The notes: generated from the sequence alone by a model not told the origin. 57,113 nucleotides of DNA from Minisyncoccia bacterium (GCA_041485695.1 JBGPJZ010000003.1:1-57113); one strand, 5' to 3'; positions 11,101-19,517 are shown, counted from the stretch's first letter. Program-made: numbers and translations.

Positions 11101-11594
11101 CCCGTTATCGGACCGCCCGGGTTACCGTTGCCGCCGCCGAGGTTAAAGGCGCCACGTGAGATGGGGCCGAAATAACCGACTGCGGGAGCAATGTTCTTAG
11201 ACGACTGCCAAGAAGCAACCGCCGCGCGTGTCTGTGTACCGAAGTACCCAGTCGCACCCGCTGGAATCGAGAAGCCAGCTGCGATGAGCGCTTGCTGGAG
11301 GCAAGTCACGTCAGCACCTTGCGAGCCAATCGTAAGATCACGTGAGAACGCGCAGGCAGTCGAACCGGAGCCGGGGCCAGAAACTGGCGCACCGCCCGTA
11401 AGGGAAGCTTGCACATTCGAGATCGTAGCCGCATCAGCACCGAAGGACTGCAGGAGCGAGATAATCGCTGAAACTTGCGATGCCGTTAGAGCCGAAGCAT
11501 GCGCCATAGGCGCAGCCGCGAGCATCGAGACCGCCATCGTAAGGCCAGTTGCTACTGCAGCAACCTTTGTTGCTACATTCGTAGTTATAGTCAT
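8106..11594 (-). CDS. Large secreted surface (S-layer-like) protein with peptidoglycan-binding domain, 1162 aa
   Basis: Signal peptide (AHA-SA), then QVSAIISLLQSFGAD segment and PG-binding motif DLTIGSQGADVTCLQQAL...TGYFGTQTRAAV, followed by a long Thr/Ser/Ala/Gly-rich beta-type body. Confidence 0.85.
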   Translation of the reverse strand: MTITTNVATKVAAVATGLTMAVSMLAAAPMAHASALTASQVSAIISLLQSFGADAATISNVQASLTGGAPVSGPGSGSTACAFSRDLTIGSQGADVTCLQQALIAAGFSIPAGATGYFGTQTRAAVASWQSSKNIAPAVGYFGPISRGAFNLGGGNGNPGGPITGNGLKVMLASDSPNGTALVQGQASAELAKFTFQNPTGSAVNVTNISFKRFGVSNDATMTNVYLYNGAARLTDSASVSSGAFSFNNPTGLFSVPAGGWITVSVRSDIDASAAGQQIGVQLVSVAATGTLDSSVSLPIMGGLQAVSAATLANVDLAITSSPSATAVDPQADYTVWQNTVTVGTRAVMFKALALRQIGSAQAGDITNYRLYVDGNRVGNAVAAKDANDIITFDLSASPLRLETGGRVIKVVADIVSGASRTFQLSLRYAGDAIFIDTDLNQPILVRGNGSSITAAFAAHTAPATAATINSVTQSAPSISRSADSPTANVSVGASNVKWASFKIIANGEPVKIDNLNVSADTSASALGLDNGKVFLNGVQVGSTKDLAEYGGTTTNFTFGSSFIVPLGQTAVVDIYGDAKTGTSVNLANNETVKIYLGVGASNAQGQISVAAINVPASELTGNQITVSSAALTATKASYYGNQTIIAGAIQAKIGALTLSTGSTEGANVNTIEIGFASAVGSTLTNLTLKNHDTGAMYGTAKSTVGTSNGFTGSVDIPASGTVTFDVYADVKTGANIGAIPATTVTTNTTGTGAITGTSVSVAALGVPTLQTMTVGAATLTVTDNTGSTPDSTNVIAGSQSVKAGVFRFTTQYSQYTIDKLEVIIPSNQATSVANVTIKYLDVNGAQKTATQSLALPTTKTFATATFTGLSFFIPQDNSRDLEVDVSVPTVSSGATSGRGITVGLSANEGFNATDSSGTADTSLTASANLFSNDTGGKGVFYVRKSIASVAAGPAPSSTLGIGTDQVLGRFTVTADAAGDVDWGQVIFSITKSAAITLGATSTVALWDITGGATNVLGTFATTTSAAQAQCATVCDTFGVATPSSTGGSLHFRPNTAQTVPMGTTRTYELRGTVGGTLTSGVYNVNVSLGNPSTTATANNTFLTLAGTYGTSGNASFVWSDWASPTAHAADAGSLAGSATDWTNDFLVKTLPVTLGSRSLQN

Positions 11595-11696
11595 AACAAT
11601 AGTAATTTTTTGTAAGACCCGCCGCTCTGCCAGTTAGTAATAAGGGACAGAGCAGGCGAATCGTTAGAAACTTGGTAATTGTCCCTCGCGTTCGCC

Positions 11697-11712
11697 TCCG
11701 CCAGCTGGCGGA
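11697..11712. repeat. Palindromic element family A (TCCGCCAGCTGGCGGA), intergenic copy
   Basis: Perfect 16-bp palindrome at the apex of a longer hairpin (about 11683-11728). Near-identical copies at 20680 and 35297. Confidence 0.75.
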
Positions 11713-11998
11713 TGGCGAAACGCTCGGGATCGAGTTGTCATAGCACGTGTATTTGCATCTGTATCAGCACATTTCACACTACCTCACAGGGCGCGGTATC
11801 GACCTGCGTCCCATGAGTTAGTTGGTAAGGTTTAAGGCGTAAAACCGTGCATCCGTCGCAGGAAATTCTTCCGTAGCGGAAAAAATACTGTGGCTTCCAA
11901 GGGCCACTATTCAATTATCAAAGACCCGCCCCAGGGATGGTCATCCGCAAGGACTGCGAATGAGTATAGCGGAAATGAGGCATTCCCGGGGTTTCTAG

Positions 11999-12007
11999 TG
12001 TGGATAA
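11999..12007 (-). promoter_or_regulatory. Perfect DnaA box (TTATCCACA)
   Basis: tgtggataa on the plus strand. Confidence 0.6.
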
Positions 12008-12107
12008 CGACAAATAGACCGTTTCCGGTCTTTCAGCCAGCACTTAGGCCACAGTCGCTACCACAGACAGGTAGCCTAGCATAAGGCCCTAGGGGCGTCA
12101 AAACCCT

Positions 12108-12857
12108 TTATATAAGGGAGTAGGCCGTCCACCTTCGGCTACCTGTCTTTAGTACCACCCCCTCCCGCACCAGCCTCTGGAGCTCGCGCTGTATCGTTTT
12201 CTCGCTTATGTCGCGCACAATGGTGGAAATGTCCTTTATATACACGCTCCCCTTATGTTTTAAGACCGATAGTATAGCGTCACGCCGGAGACCCGTGTCC
12301 TTAATGTCCGATATGTGTCCTTTATCAAAACGGGAGCTCTTTGGCACTCGTACCGCCTTCTCGCGGGGAGGGCTCCCGTGCTTGCCAGCGCTTTTGGCGA
12401 GATCGGCTAGGGTAGGGGAGTCATCAAGGAAAAGCCGCGGCTCTTCATAAGCTGCAACTTCAGCGAGGAGCGCGTGAGCTTCGTCTGCAATCAAAGCCGC
12501 ATTCATATGCGAAAGCAAACCGCCTGACCGAGCAATCGCAAGCACGCTTGAAAGTGCAAGAAGCTCCCGAGAAAAGGCCTCTTTGGCGGAGGCAGGCGGC
12601 AGGATAGCGGCATCAATAAGTCCTACGGCAATACTGTCGAGCTTGTCCTTAAGGGACGTGCTGACGGCAAACGCCGGCGTGATGAGATGAATCGCTTTCG
12701 CAAGTCGTTCTGTCTTTTTATAAAGATAAACCCGCTGTATGTCCTTTTCAAAGATGTTAGAGAATATACTTTTTTCTAAGACAAAATCATTATTATGAGT
12801 AGTAGTGCCCTTTATCTGGGATATCCGAGTTTCTCCAATGTGTCCTTTATCAGGCAT
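12108..12857 (-). CDS. Hypothetical protein with C-terminal DeoR-like winged HTH
   Basis: RRDAILSVLKHKGSVYIKDIS...SEKTIQRELQRLVREGVV C-terminus. Helical N-terminal part. Confidence 0.8.
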   Translation of the reverse strand: MPDKGHIGETRISQIKGTTTHNNDFVLEKSIFSNIFEKDIQRVYLYKKTERLAKAIHLITPAFAVSTSLKDKLDSIAVGLIDAAILPPASAKEAFSRELLALSSVLAIARSGGLLSHMNAALIADEAHALLAEVAAYEEPRLFLDDSPTLADLAKSAGKHGSPPREKAVRVPKSSRFDKGHISDIKDTGLRRDAILSVLKHKGSVYIKDISTIVRDISEKTIQRELQRLVREGVVLKTGSRRWTAYSLI

Positions 12858-12873
12858 TGCTTTATAAAGGACA
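12230..12873. repeat. Cluster of TGTCCTTT(A)-type motifs in and just upstream of the HTH gene
   Basis: Exact TGTCCTTTA at 12230, 12316 and 12841, inverted at 12865-12873. Variants at 12296, 12644, 12740 and 12806. Confidence 0.7.
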
Positions 12874-12939
12874 TTATAAACCCGCGGCTATTCTATGCAA
12901 GGAGCGTGTTAGCCGAAGCTCCCCTGCCCCGCAAAATAG

Positions 12940-12948
12940 TTATCCACA
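12940..12948 (+). promoter_or_regulatory. Perfect DnaA box overlapping the ftsK promoter
   Basis: TTATCCACA directly 5' of the extended -10 TGcTACAAT (12950-12958). Confidence 0.65.
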
Positions 12949-12969
12949 GTGCTACAATACGCTCATTCT

Positions 12970-15156
12970 ATGAGGCGCCAAAACGGTAATCGACGTCGCG
13001 AAGAAGAGGTCGAGTCGTATGACGCGCTCATCCGCTGGTCATCTGCAATTGTACTCGTTGCCTGTGGCATCATCTTGGGTCTTGCGGCGTTTGGCGACGC
13101 TGGCCCCTTGGGCGACACCCTCTTCTCTCTTGCCTACTCTATCGTTGGCCTTGGTGCCTTCCTCTTGCCGATGGGGCTTATCGCGGTCGGTGCATATGCT
13201 GGGTTTGGGAGGCCTGCTATTGCCCCGCTTACGGGCTCGGGTATCTTAATTATTCTTGCCTCAGTGCTCGCCTTTGCAGGCCTCTTCCCTGTTGCAGATT
13301 TTGGAGGGCTCGCTGGGGAAAAAGTTGGAGCGCTCCTTGAAGGGTTCTTCGGCTTTTGGGGTGCCGCTGTTCTCCTCACCGCCCTCATCGCAATCGGCCT
13401 TGCTCTCGTAAGTGACATTGAAGCTGTTGGGGCGCTCCTGCTGCGCGCGTGGCAGGCTCTCTTCTCTCGAGCGAGCGAGCTCCGAGAGTCCTTCTCTCTC
13501 TCGGATTCCGACGTGAACGAGGAGGCCGATGCGGAGGGCACGGGAGCCCATGAGGACGCGCCTGAAGATGAGCTCTCCAGTGAGCACGAACCGATGGTGA
13601 CCGTTTTCAACCAACCTTCTTTTGGAGGCGCTAGAGCTGCTCCCGTCATCCGTAATTTTGACGGCGAATACGACCCTCCTCCGCTTTCGCTCTTAGGCGA
13701 AGACCGCGGCAAACCCGGCGTGGGCGACATCAAGGCGAATGCCAATATCATTAAAAGGACTTTTCAAAACTTCGGCATCAATGTCGAAATGGATGAGGTC
13801 TCGGTGGGCCCCACGGTTACCCGTTACGCGATTAAGCCAGCAGAGGGAGTCCGGCTCTCAAAGATTGTCTCTTTGCAAAACAACCTCGAGCTCGCGCTTG
13901 CAGCGCATCCGGTGCGCATCGAGGCGCCCATCCCCGGTAAATCGCTGGTTGGCATTGAGGTGCCTAACACGACAAAAGCGATGGTCGGGCTCGGCGGCAT
14001 CCTCTCTGCTCCCGAATGGAGCGCGAATAAAAAACCCTTGCTCGCCGCCCTCGGCCGAGACATCAGCGGGACGCCCCACTACGTTAACATCGCCAAGATG
14101 CCGCACGGCCTTGTCGCTGGCGCAACCGGCTCTGGCAAGTCGGTCGCGATACATTCCATTATCACCTCGCTCCTGTACCGCAATGGCCCCAACCAGCTGC
14201 GCTTCATCATGATTGACCCGAAGCGGGTCGAGTTGACGGCGTACAACGGCATCCCGCATCTCCTCACCCCAGTCATCACCGACCCGAAGAAGAGCATCTT
14301 CGCCTTGAAGTGGGCGGCAAAAGAAATGGAGCGGCGCTACAATATCCTTGAAGCTGAAGGCGTGCGCGACGTCGAAAGTTACCACGCTACAGTGGCAGAG
14401 CCCGCAAAAAAGCGCCGAGAAGATGAGCTGCCCGAGACACTGCCCTACATCGTCATCATCATCGACGAGCTCGCCGACATCATGTCGAGCTACCCGCGCG
14501 AGCTCGAGGCCGCAATCGTACGGCTTGCTCAAATGTCGCGTGCGGTCGGCATCCACCTCGTGCTCTCGACCCAACGCCCGTCGGTGAACATCATCACGGG
14601 ACTTATTAAGGCCAATGTGCCGACACGGCTTGCCTTACAGGTTGCTTCACAGATAGACTCTCGCACCATCCTCGACCAAGGCGGCGCCGAGACCCTGCTT
14701 GGCGCTGGCGATATGCTCTACCTTTCAAGCGATATGCAAAAGCCGGTGCGTATCCAAACCGCCTACATAAGCGAGCAGGAGGTGAAAAAGATCGTGCGGT
14801 ACATCAAAGAACATAACGCCGGCGACCTCACTTCAATCGACATGGGTGGCAATGCCGCGAGTACAGAGCCAAATGACGTCATCTCGCTTATGAGCGGCGA
14901 CTTCGACGACGATGAGATCGATGATGACCTCTACCAGGGGGCAAAGCAGGCCGTTGAGGAAGTCGGGCGCGCCTCGACCTCATATCTCCAACGCAAGCTC
15001 CGCATCGGCTACTCCCGCGCTGCCCGCCTCATGGATGTTCTCGAAGCAAAAGGAGTTATCGGCCCAGCAGACGGCGCGAAGCCCCGCGAGATACTTTCTG
15101 TCGGAGGCGCTCACGGCGCTGTAGGTACTGAAGAGAGCCCTCCAGACGAAGTGTAA
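12970..15156 (+). CDS. ftsK: FtsK/SpoIIIE DNA translocase
   Basis: 4 N-terminal TMs, Walker A GATGSGKS, IIIDELADIM, TQRPS, and gamma domain LQRKLRIGYSRAARLMD. Start set at MRRQN. Confidence 0.96.
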   Translation: MRRQNGNRRREEEVESYDALIRWSSAIVLVACGIILGLAAFGDAGPLGDTLFSLAYSIVGLGAFLLPMGLIAVGAYAGFGRPAIAPLTGSGILIILASVLAFAGLFPVADFGGLAGEKVGALLEGFFGFWGAAVLLTALIAIGLALVSDIEAVGALLLRAWQALFSRASELRESFSLSDSDVNEEADAEGTGAHEDAPEDELSSEHEPMVTVFNQPSFGGARAAPVIRNFDGEYDPPPLSLLGEDRGKPGVGDIKANANIIKRTFQNFGINVEMDEVSVGPTVTRYAIKPAEGVRLSKIVSLQNNLELALAAHPVRIEAPIPGKSLVGIEVPNTTKAMVGLGGILSAPEWSANKKPLLAALGRDISGTPHYVNIAKMPHGLVAGATGSGKSVAIHSIITSLLYRNGPNQLRFIMIDPKRVELTAYNGIPHLLTPVITDPKKSIFALKWAAKEMERRYNILEAEGVRDVESYHATVAEPAKKRREDELPETLPYIVIIIDELADIMSSYPRELEAAIVRLAQMSRAVGIHLVLSTQRPSVNIITGLIKANVPTRLALQVASQIDSRTILDQGGAETLLGAGDMLYLSSDMQKPVRIQTAYISEQEVKKIVRYIKEHNAGDLTSIDMGGNAASTEPNDVISLMSGDFDDDEIDDDLYQGAKQAVEEVGRASTSYLQRKLRIGYSRAARLMDVLEAKGVIGPADGAKPREILSVGGAHGAVGTEESPPDEV

Positions 15157-15485
15157 TGCTTGGCAAAATCACGGTTGGCGTCGTCCTCGCCGCACTCGCG
15201 GTCTACGGGCTTATAGAGGCGCTCCCGCTTATTCTCGGGCCATCTCTTGTCGTCGACTCACCCGTAAGCGGGCAAACGGTACCCCTGGGCATCCTCACCG
15301 TTACCGGAGAGGTTAAGCGCGTGACTGCCCTCACCCTTGATGGCGCGCCCCTCTTGCCAGACGAAAAAGGCGCCTTTTCGTCAACACTCGCCTTCCCTGC
15401 GGGAACCTCTATACTTACCTTCACGGCCTCTGACCGCTTTGGCCGCAAAATTACTACCACTCGTACTATTTACGTACCGAACTAA
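15156..15485 (+). CDS. Membrane-anchored Ig-like hypothetical protein
   Basis: N-terminal TM and beta-rich body. TAATG coupling to the ftsK stop. Confidence 0.75.
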   Translation: MLGKITVGVVLAALAVYGLIEALPLILGPSLVVDSPVSGQTVPLGILTVTGEVKRVTALTLDGAPLLPDEKGAFSSTLAFPAGTSILTFTASDRFGRKITTTRTIYVPN

Positions 15486-15500
15486 CCTTTTCGTATTCAT

Positions 15501-16544
15501 ATGGCCGTAAAGAAACCAGCAAAGCCACTTAAGGAGACGAGCGCGCCCGAGGCACTCAAGAGCGACAAGCAAAAGGCGATCGACATCGCGATTAAGAGCA
15601 TCAAGACCAAATTCGGCGACGAGTCGATTATGACCTATGGCTCGGGGCCGATTGCGAAAATTCCCGCCATACACACGGGCTCGATTGGCTTAGATGCCGC
15701 GCTTGGGATAGGCGGCCTCCCTCGCGGACGCATTGTAGAAATCTTCGGCCCTGAATCTTCCGGTAAAACGACGCTCGCTCTCCATTCTATAGCAGAGGCG
15801 CAGAAGACCGGCGGCATCTGCGCCTTTGTCGACGCCGAGCATGCGCTTGACCCAGAGTATGCGCGGAGGATTGGCGTAAAGCTCCCGGAGCTTCTCATTT
15901 CACAGCCGGATACGGGCGAACAAGCGCTTGAGATTGTCGAGAGCTTGGTGCGAAGCGGCAATATCGATATCATCGTCATCGACTCGGTCGCGGCACTGAC
16001 GCCTAAGGATGAAATCGAGGGCGATATGGGCCAGCAACAGATGGGCAAACAAGCGCGACTCATGTCACAAGCGCTTCGCAAATTAACCGCCATCACCTCT
16101 CGCTCAAAGACGCTCATCATCTTTATCAACCAAATCCGCATGCAAATTGGCGTGATGTTTGGTAATCCCGAGACGACCACGGGCGGCAAAGCGCTTAAGT
16201 TTTACACCTCGGTGCGCCTCGATATTCGGCGTATCGCGTCAATCAAAAAGGGTGAGGAGGTCGTAGGCGGCCGGGTACGCGTGAAAGTAGTGAAAAATAA
16301 AGTGGCGGCGCCCTTTAAAACAACCGAGTTCGACCTCCTGTACAACGAGGGCATTAGTCGCGAGGGCGAGCTTATCGCGCTTGGTGAGAAATACGAACTC
16401 GTTACGAAATCAGGCGCCTCCTACAAATTCGGCGACGTAAAAATCGGCGTGGGGTACGACGCGACGCGCACCTTCCTCCGCGATAATCCGAAAATCGCTT
16501 CCGATCTCTTAAAACAAGTCAAAGAAAAACTTGCTCAAGTGTAG
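15501..16544 (+). CDS. recA: Recombinase A
   Basis: [33 protein letters not shown]. Confidence 0.99.
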   Translation: MAVKKPAKPLKETSAPEALKSDKQKAIDIAIKSIKTKFGDESIMTYGSGPIAKIPAIHTGSIGLDAALGIGGLPRGRIVEIFGPESSGKTTLALHSIAEAQKTGGICAFVDAEHALDPEYARRIGVKLPELLISQPDTGEQALEIVESLVRSGNIDIIVIDSVAALTPKDEIEGDMGQQQMGKQARLMSQALRKLTAITSRSKTLIIFINQIRMQIGVMFGNPETTTGGKALKFYTSVRLDIRRIASIKKGEEVVGGRVRVKVVKNKVAAPFKTTEFDLLYNEGISREGELIALGEKYELVTKSGASYKFGDVKIGVGYDATRTFLRDNPKIASDLLKQVKEKLAQV

Positions 16545-16547
16545 TGC

Positions 16548-17651
16548 CTACTCCAATACGTCGTCGGTGATAGGGTCGAATTTCTTAAGAGCCACCCTTG
16601 TCTTTTTACCGAGGATCCGAGGGAATTCTTGCGAGGGCAACCCTTTAGCGTACATCTTGGGGCGCATAGCGTAGACCATTCCTCGAGTAATCGCGGTACC
16701 CGCTGGGATATCGGTGCCTGCCATGAGCGATTTATTAAAATAGGGGCGAAACTCATTATTGGCACCCTCAAGCTCTTTTTCTTTACTCCCGTAGTAGGGA
16801 GTGTGATCAACTAATTTGTGTTCCCCACTGTGCACTTTGTCTACCATCGCTTTAAACTCGGTCGGTGTCATCGACACTTTATGATCTGCACCCCAGAGCT
16901 CTCGCCCAAATGAAAAGTGCTTTTCTATGACCTTTGCTCCAAGTTTCACTGCTGCAAGTGAGACTTCGTCACCAAGCGAGTGGTCAGAGAATCCAATTAC
17001 GACATCAGGATATTTTTCAATTAAATGCTCGATAGTCGCCAAATTAAAATACTCTTTGGGCGCCGGATACTTGCTGATGCAGTAAAGTACTACGAGCGGC
17101 GCTCCGTTTTCTCGTATGTGGTTAACTACTCCATCGAGCTCCCCGAGCGATACCATCCCGCTTGAGATGATGATCGGCTTCTTGGTGCCAAACATAAAGT
17201 CGAGTGTGACGTAATCTTGCACGTCGCCCGAACCTACCTTCCAGAGCGGTACGCCGATACCTTCAAGTTTTATGGCCGCCTTGCGGCTCATGGGGGTTGA
17301 GAAGAAAAGGATACCGACCTCGTCGCAATATTCCTTTAACGGCTTCCAAAACGTCTCTAGGGGCGTTGCCTCGGTATTACGGGTGACCCAGCTGTAGCGG
17401 TCTGCGCCCTTGAAGTGAGGCGAGGTGACGTCGACATTAAGCTGTTCATCTTCAACCTCGTGGGTCTGAAACTTAACGGCATCTGCCCCCGCTTCTTTAG
17501 CAGCCTTCACGAGCCGTTTGGCATTCTCCAGGTACTCTTCTACTGGCCGGTGCTCTTTGGTCTGCATGAAATTTTTCCCTATCTCTGCAATGAAAAAGAC
17601 GCCTTCACCGAAGGTCTTCGCAGTACCGGGGATAGGAACGCGGGCACTCAT
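16548..17651 (-). CDS. NeuB/SpsE-family nonulosonic acid synthase with SAF domain
   Basis: IAEIGKN, GADAVKFQT, LYCISKYP, GFSDHS, IEKHF. Confidence 0.88.
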   Translation of the reverse strand: MSARVPIPGTAKTFGEGVFFIAEIGKNFMQTKEHRPVEEYLENAKRLVKAAKEAGADAVKFQTHEVEDEQLNVDVTSPHFKGADRYSWVTRNTEATPLETFWKPLKEYCDEVGILFFSTPMSRKAAIKLEGIGVPLWKVGSGDVQDYVTLDFMFGTKKPIIISSGMVSLGELDGVVNHIRENGAPLVVLYCISKYPAPKEYFNLATIEHLIEKYPDVVIGFSDHSLGDEVSLAAVKLGAKVIEKHFSFGRELWGADHKVSMTPTEFKAMVDKVHSGEHKLVDHTPYYGSKEKELEGANNEFRPYFNKSLMAGTDIPAGTAITRGMVYAMRPKMYAKGLPSQEFPRILGKKTRVALKKFDPITDDVLE

Positions 17652-17681
17652 GTATATGAGCCTACCACGCGACAGTAAACG

Positions 17682-17999
17682 TTACGCGCGAGCTGGGATG
17701 AGGACGTTCGAGATGAGCTTTGCGGTCTCACGCGCGAGGTAGATGACTGAAGCGAGAGTTACAAGCGTAAAGGCCTGGACGATCAAGCGGGTGTTCTCGA
17801 ACGCCGCAAGATAAAAAGTCGGGAGCAAAGCAAAGCTATGCGGAGCATTTTCAAATACACGGGCGACCCATACCTCCCTCCCGATGCCGTAGAGCGCGAG
17901 CGCTGCCACGAGTACGGCAAGCGCGCCGCCCGAGACAAAGGGACGGAGTGCGTGAATGGTATGCACGCGACGCATGACGTTCTGTTCGATATTAGTCAT
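17682..17999 (-). CDS. Small membrane protein, possible anti-sigma factor
   Basis: Two hydrophobic segments, translationally coupled to the ECF sigma gene. Confidence 0.65.
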   Translation of the reverse strand: MTNIEQNVMRRVHTIHALRPFVSGGALAVLVAALALYGIGREVWVARVFENAPHSFALLPTFYLAAFENTRLIVQAFTLVTLASVIYLARETAKLISNVLIPARA

Positions 18000-18579
18000 A
18001 GGTGTTTTGCTCGTCGAAGGTTTGTTTGAAAAGTTTCTTAGCCCGGTGGACGCGCGTCTTCACGGCAGGGATAGAGAGGTGCTCGGACTCGGCGATTTCT
18101 TCCTGGGTCTTCCCCTCGATAAACTGCAACTTCAAAATCCTTGCTGCGGTTTCAGGAATTTTCGCCAAAGCGGCGAGGACTTCATTCCTGATCGAGAGAT
18201 CCTCCAAGAATTCCGCTCTGCTGTCTGCGAGCGACTCGTAGTGTTCGGGCTCGAGCTCAACCAAAGCGGCTCTATCCGCCTTCTTCCCTTGATACTTGGT
18301 GTACGCGACGCGGTTGAGGATGGTGTACGCCCACGAGGAGAAGGTTGCTCCTGCTTGTGGGCTGTATTTATCGGCATAGAGGTACATCTTCGTGAAGGCG
18401 TCCTGCACCACCTCCTCGGCGTCCTCGGGCGAACGGAGGATGGACTTGGCGCGGCGAAGAAGTGGCGCCTCGTAGCGCCGCACCAGGATGGCGAAGAGGT
18501 CGGGCTCCTTACGGCTCCGAGCCAAGACTTCAGCGTCCCCTAAGCCACCCAGATCCTCGACAGAACTTGATAAAGCCAT
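17992..18579 (-). CDS. ECF-type RNA polymerase sigma factor
   Basis: Region 2 (DAEEVVQDAFTKMY...FSSWAYTI) and region 4 (TQEEIAESEHLSIPAVKTRVHRAK). Start set at MALSS. Confidence 0.92.
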   Translation of the reverse strand: MALSSSVEDLGGLGDAEVLARSRKEPDLFAILVRRYEAPLLRRAKSILRSPEDAEEVVQDAFTKMYLYADKYSPQAGATFSSWAYTILNRVAYTKYQGKKADRAALVELEPEHYESLADSRAEFLEDLSIRNEVLAALAKIPETAARILKLQFIEGKTQEEIAESEHLSIPAVKTRVHRAKKLFKQTFDEQNTYD

Positions 18580-18669
18580 GATGTTTGCTAGCATACACGA
18601 GTTCTTGTTTTTTATAACCGCCCTCGGGCGTTTTTAGTTTCATCTTATTTATAGTGAGCTTATCGAACT

Positions 18670-19245
18670 ATGGCCGTCTTAAGTTACAACGAAATACTCC
18701 CCAAATCAGTCATCAACTATAACGACGAGCCCTATGAGGTCCTCTCGTCGCACATTTTTCGTATGCAGATGCGCAAGCCAGTCAATCAGACCAAGCTCCG
18801 CCACCTCATTTCCGGACGCACGATTGAAATCTCTTTCCACCAGAATGAGACAGTAAAAGAAGCTGAGGTAGATCAGCTCGATGCGCTCTATCTCTATACC
18901 AACAAGGGCGAGAGCTGGTTCGCAGAAGTGGGCAATCCGAAGAATCGTTTTTCATTCCCCGAGGACGCCGTACACGAGCAGGTGCAGTGGCTCGTCCAAA
19001 ACAATCCGGTAGAGGTCGTCACCTATGAAGAGAAACCGATCACGATCAAAGCGCCGATTAAAGCAGATTTGAAGGTGACTGAAGCTCCTCCGGGCATTAA
19101 GGGCGACACCGCGCAAGGCGGCAATAAGCAGGTAACGCTTGAGAGCGGTGCCTCCGTCAATGCTCCCCTCTTCATCAACGAGGGCGACATCATCCGCATC
19201 AACACCGACACGGGCGAATACGTCGAGCGGGTTTCTAAATCTTGA
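18670..19245 (+). CDS. efp: Elongation factor P
   Basis: QMRKPV, PPGIKGDTAQG, APLFINEGDIIRINTDTGEYVER. Confidence 0.95.
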   Translation: MAVLSYNEILPKSVINYNDEPYEVLSSHIFRMQMRKPVNQTKLRHLISGRTIEISFHQNETVKEAEVDQLDALYLYTNKGESWFAEVGNPKNRFSFPEDAVHEQVQWLVQNNPVEVVTYEEKPITIKAPIKADLKVTEAPPGIKGDTAQGGNKQVTLESGASVNAPLFINEGDIIRINTDTGEYVERVSKS

Positions 19246-19270
19246 GTTTATTTAAAAACGCTAGTATCTT
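19242..19270 (+). promoter_or_regulatory. Promoter TTGAGT-N17-TATCTT driving a non-coding transcript
   Basis: Correct spacing, and no ORF between it and the terminator at 19454. Confidence 0.55.
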
Positions 19271-19276
19271 TATCTA

Positions 19277-19450
19277 TAGATAGTGACACCCCTCATCGGG
19301 GATGAGAGCGGACGGTGATATCGCGTCTGCGCAGTCGGGAGTAATCTCACTGCATTAGGCTTGTCGTAGAAGCCCGGTAGGGGTTAGGGAGCGAGAACTT
19401 CTCCAAGCTACTGATCCGAGCGTGTGGGCCTCGTCCGCCTTACACGCTTC
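19277..19450 (+). ncRNA. Putative structured ncRNA, family unassigned
   Basis: At least six stems plus long-range gcggacg/cgtccgc pairing, flanked by a promoter and a terminator. Confidence 0.55.
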
Positions 19451-19453
19451 GTG

Positions 19454-19487
19454 AAAAGCCCGCCGGTGGTACTCCGGCGGGCTTTTT
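19454..19487. terminator. Bidirectional terminator
   Basis: aaaagcccgccgg / ccggcgggctttt. Confidence 0.85.
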
Positions 19488-19517
19488 CCTTTAATTTTCC
19501 CCGGACTTGTGCTCAGT

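Noticed and set aside
8339-11637. Many 60-150 aa ORFs overlapping the surface-protein gene and other long genes
   Set aside because: Shadow ORFs caused by GC-rich codon bias, with no family motifs.
11790-11830. c-di-GMP-I riboswitch (GGGACGCA seen on the minus strand)
   Set aside because: The GGGCAAACC and GAAA tetraloop-receptor parts are missing, and the motif is part of a simple hairpin.
11999-12948. oriC at the DnaA-box pair
   Set aside because: Only two boxes, and gene orientation stays mostly minus on both sides. GC skew over the full genome is needed to settle it.
19277-19450. tmRNA, RNase P or SRP identity for the efp-linked RNA
   Set aside because: No tRNA-like 3' end, no GAGGAAAGTCC or ACAGAAnnCGGC, and no SRP helix 8 motif.
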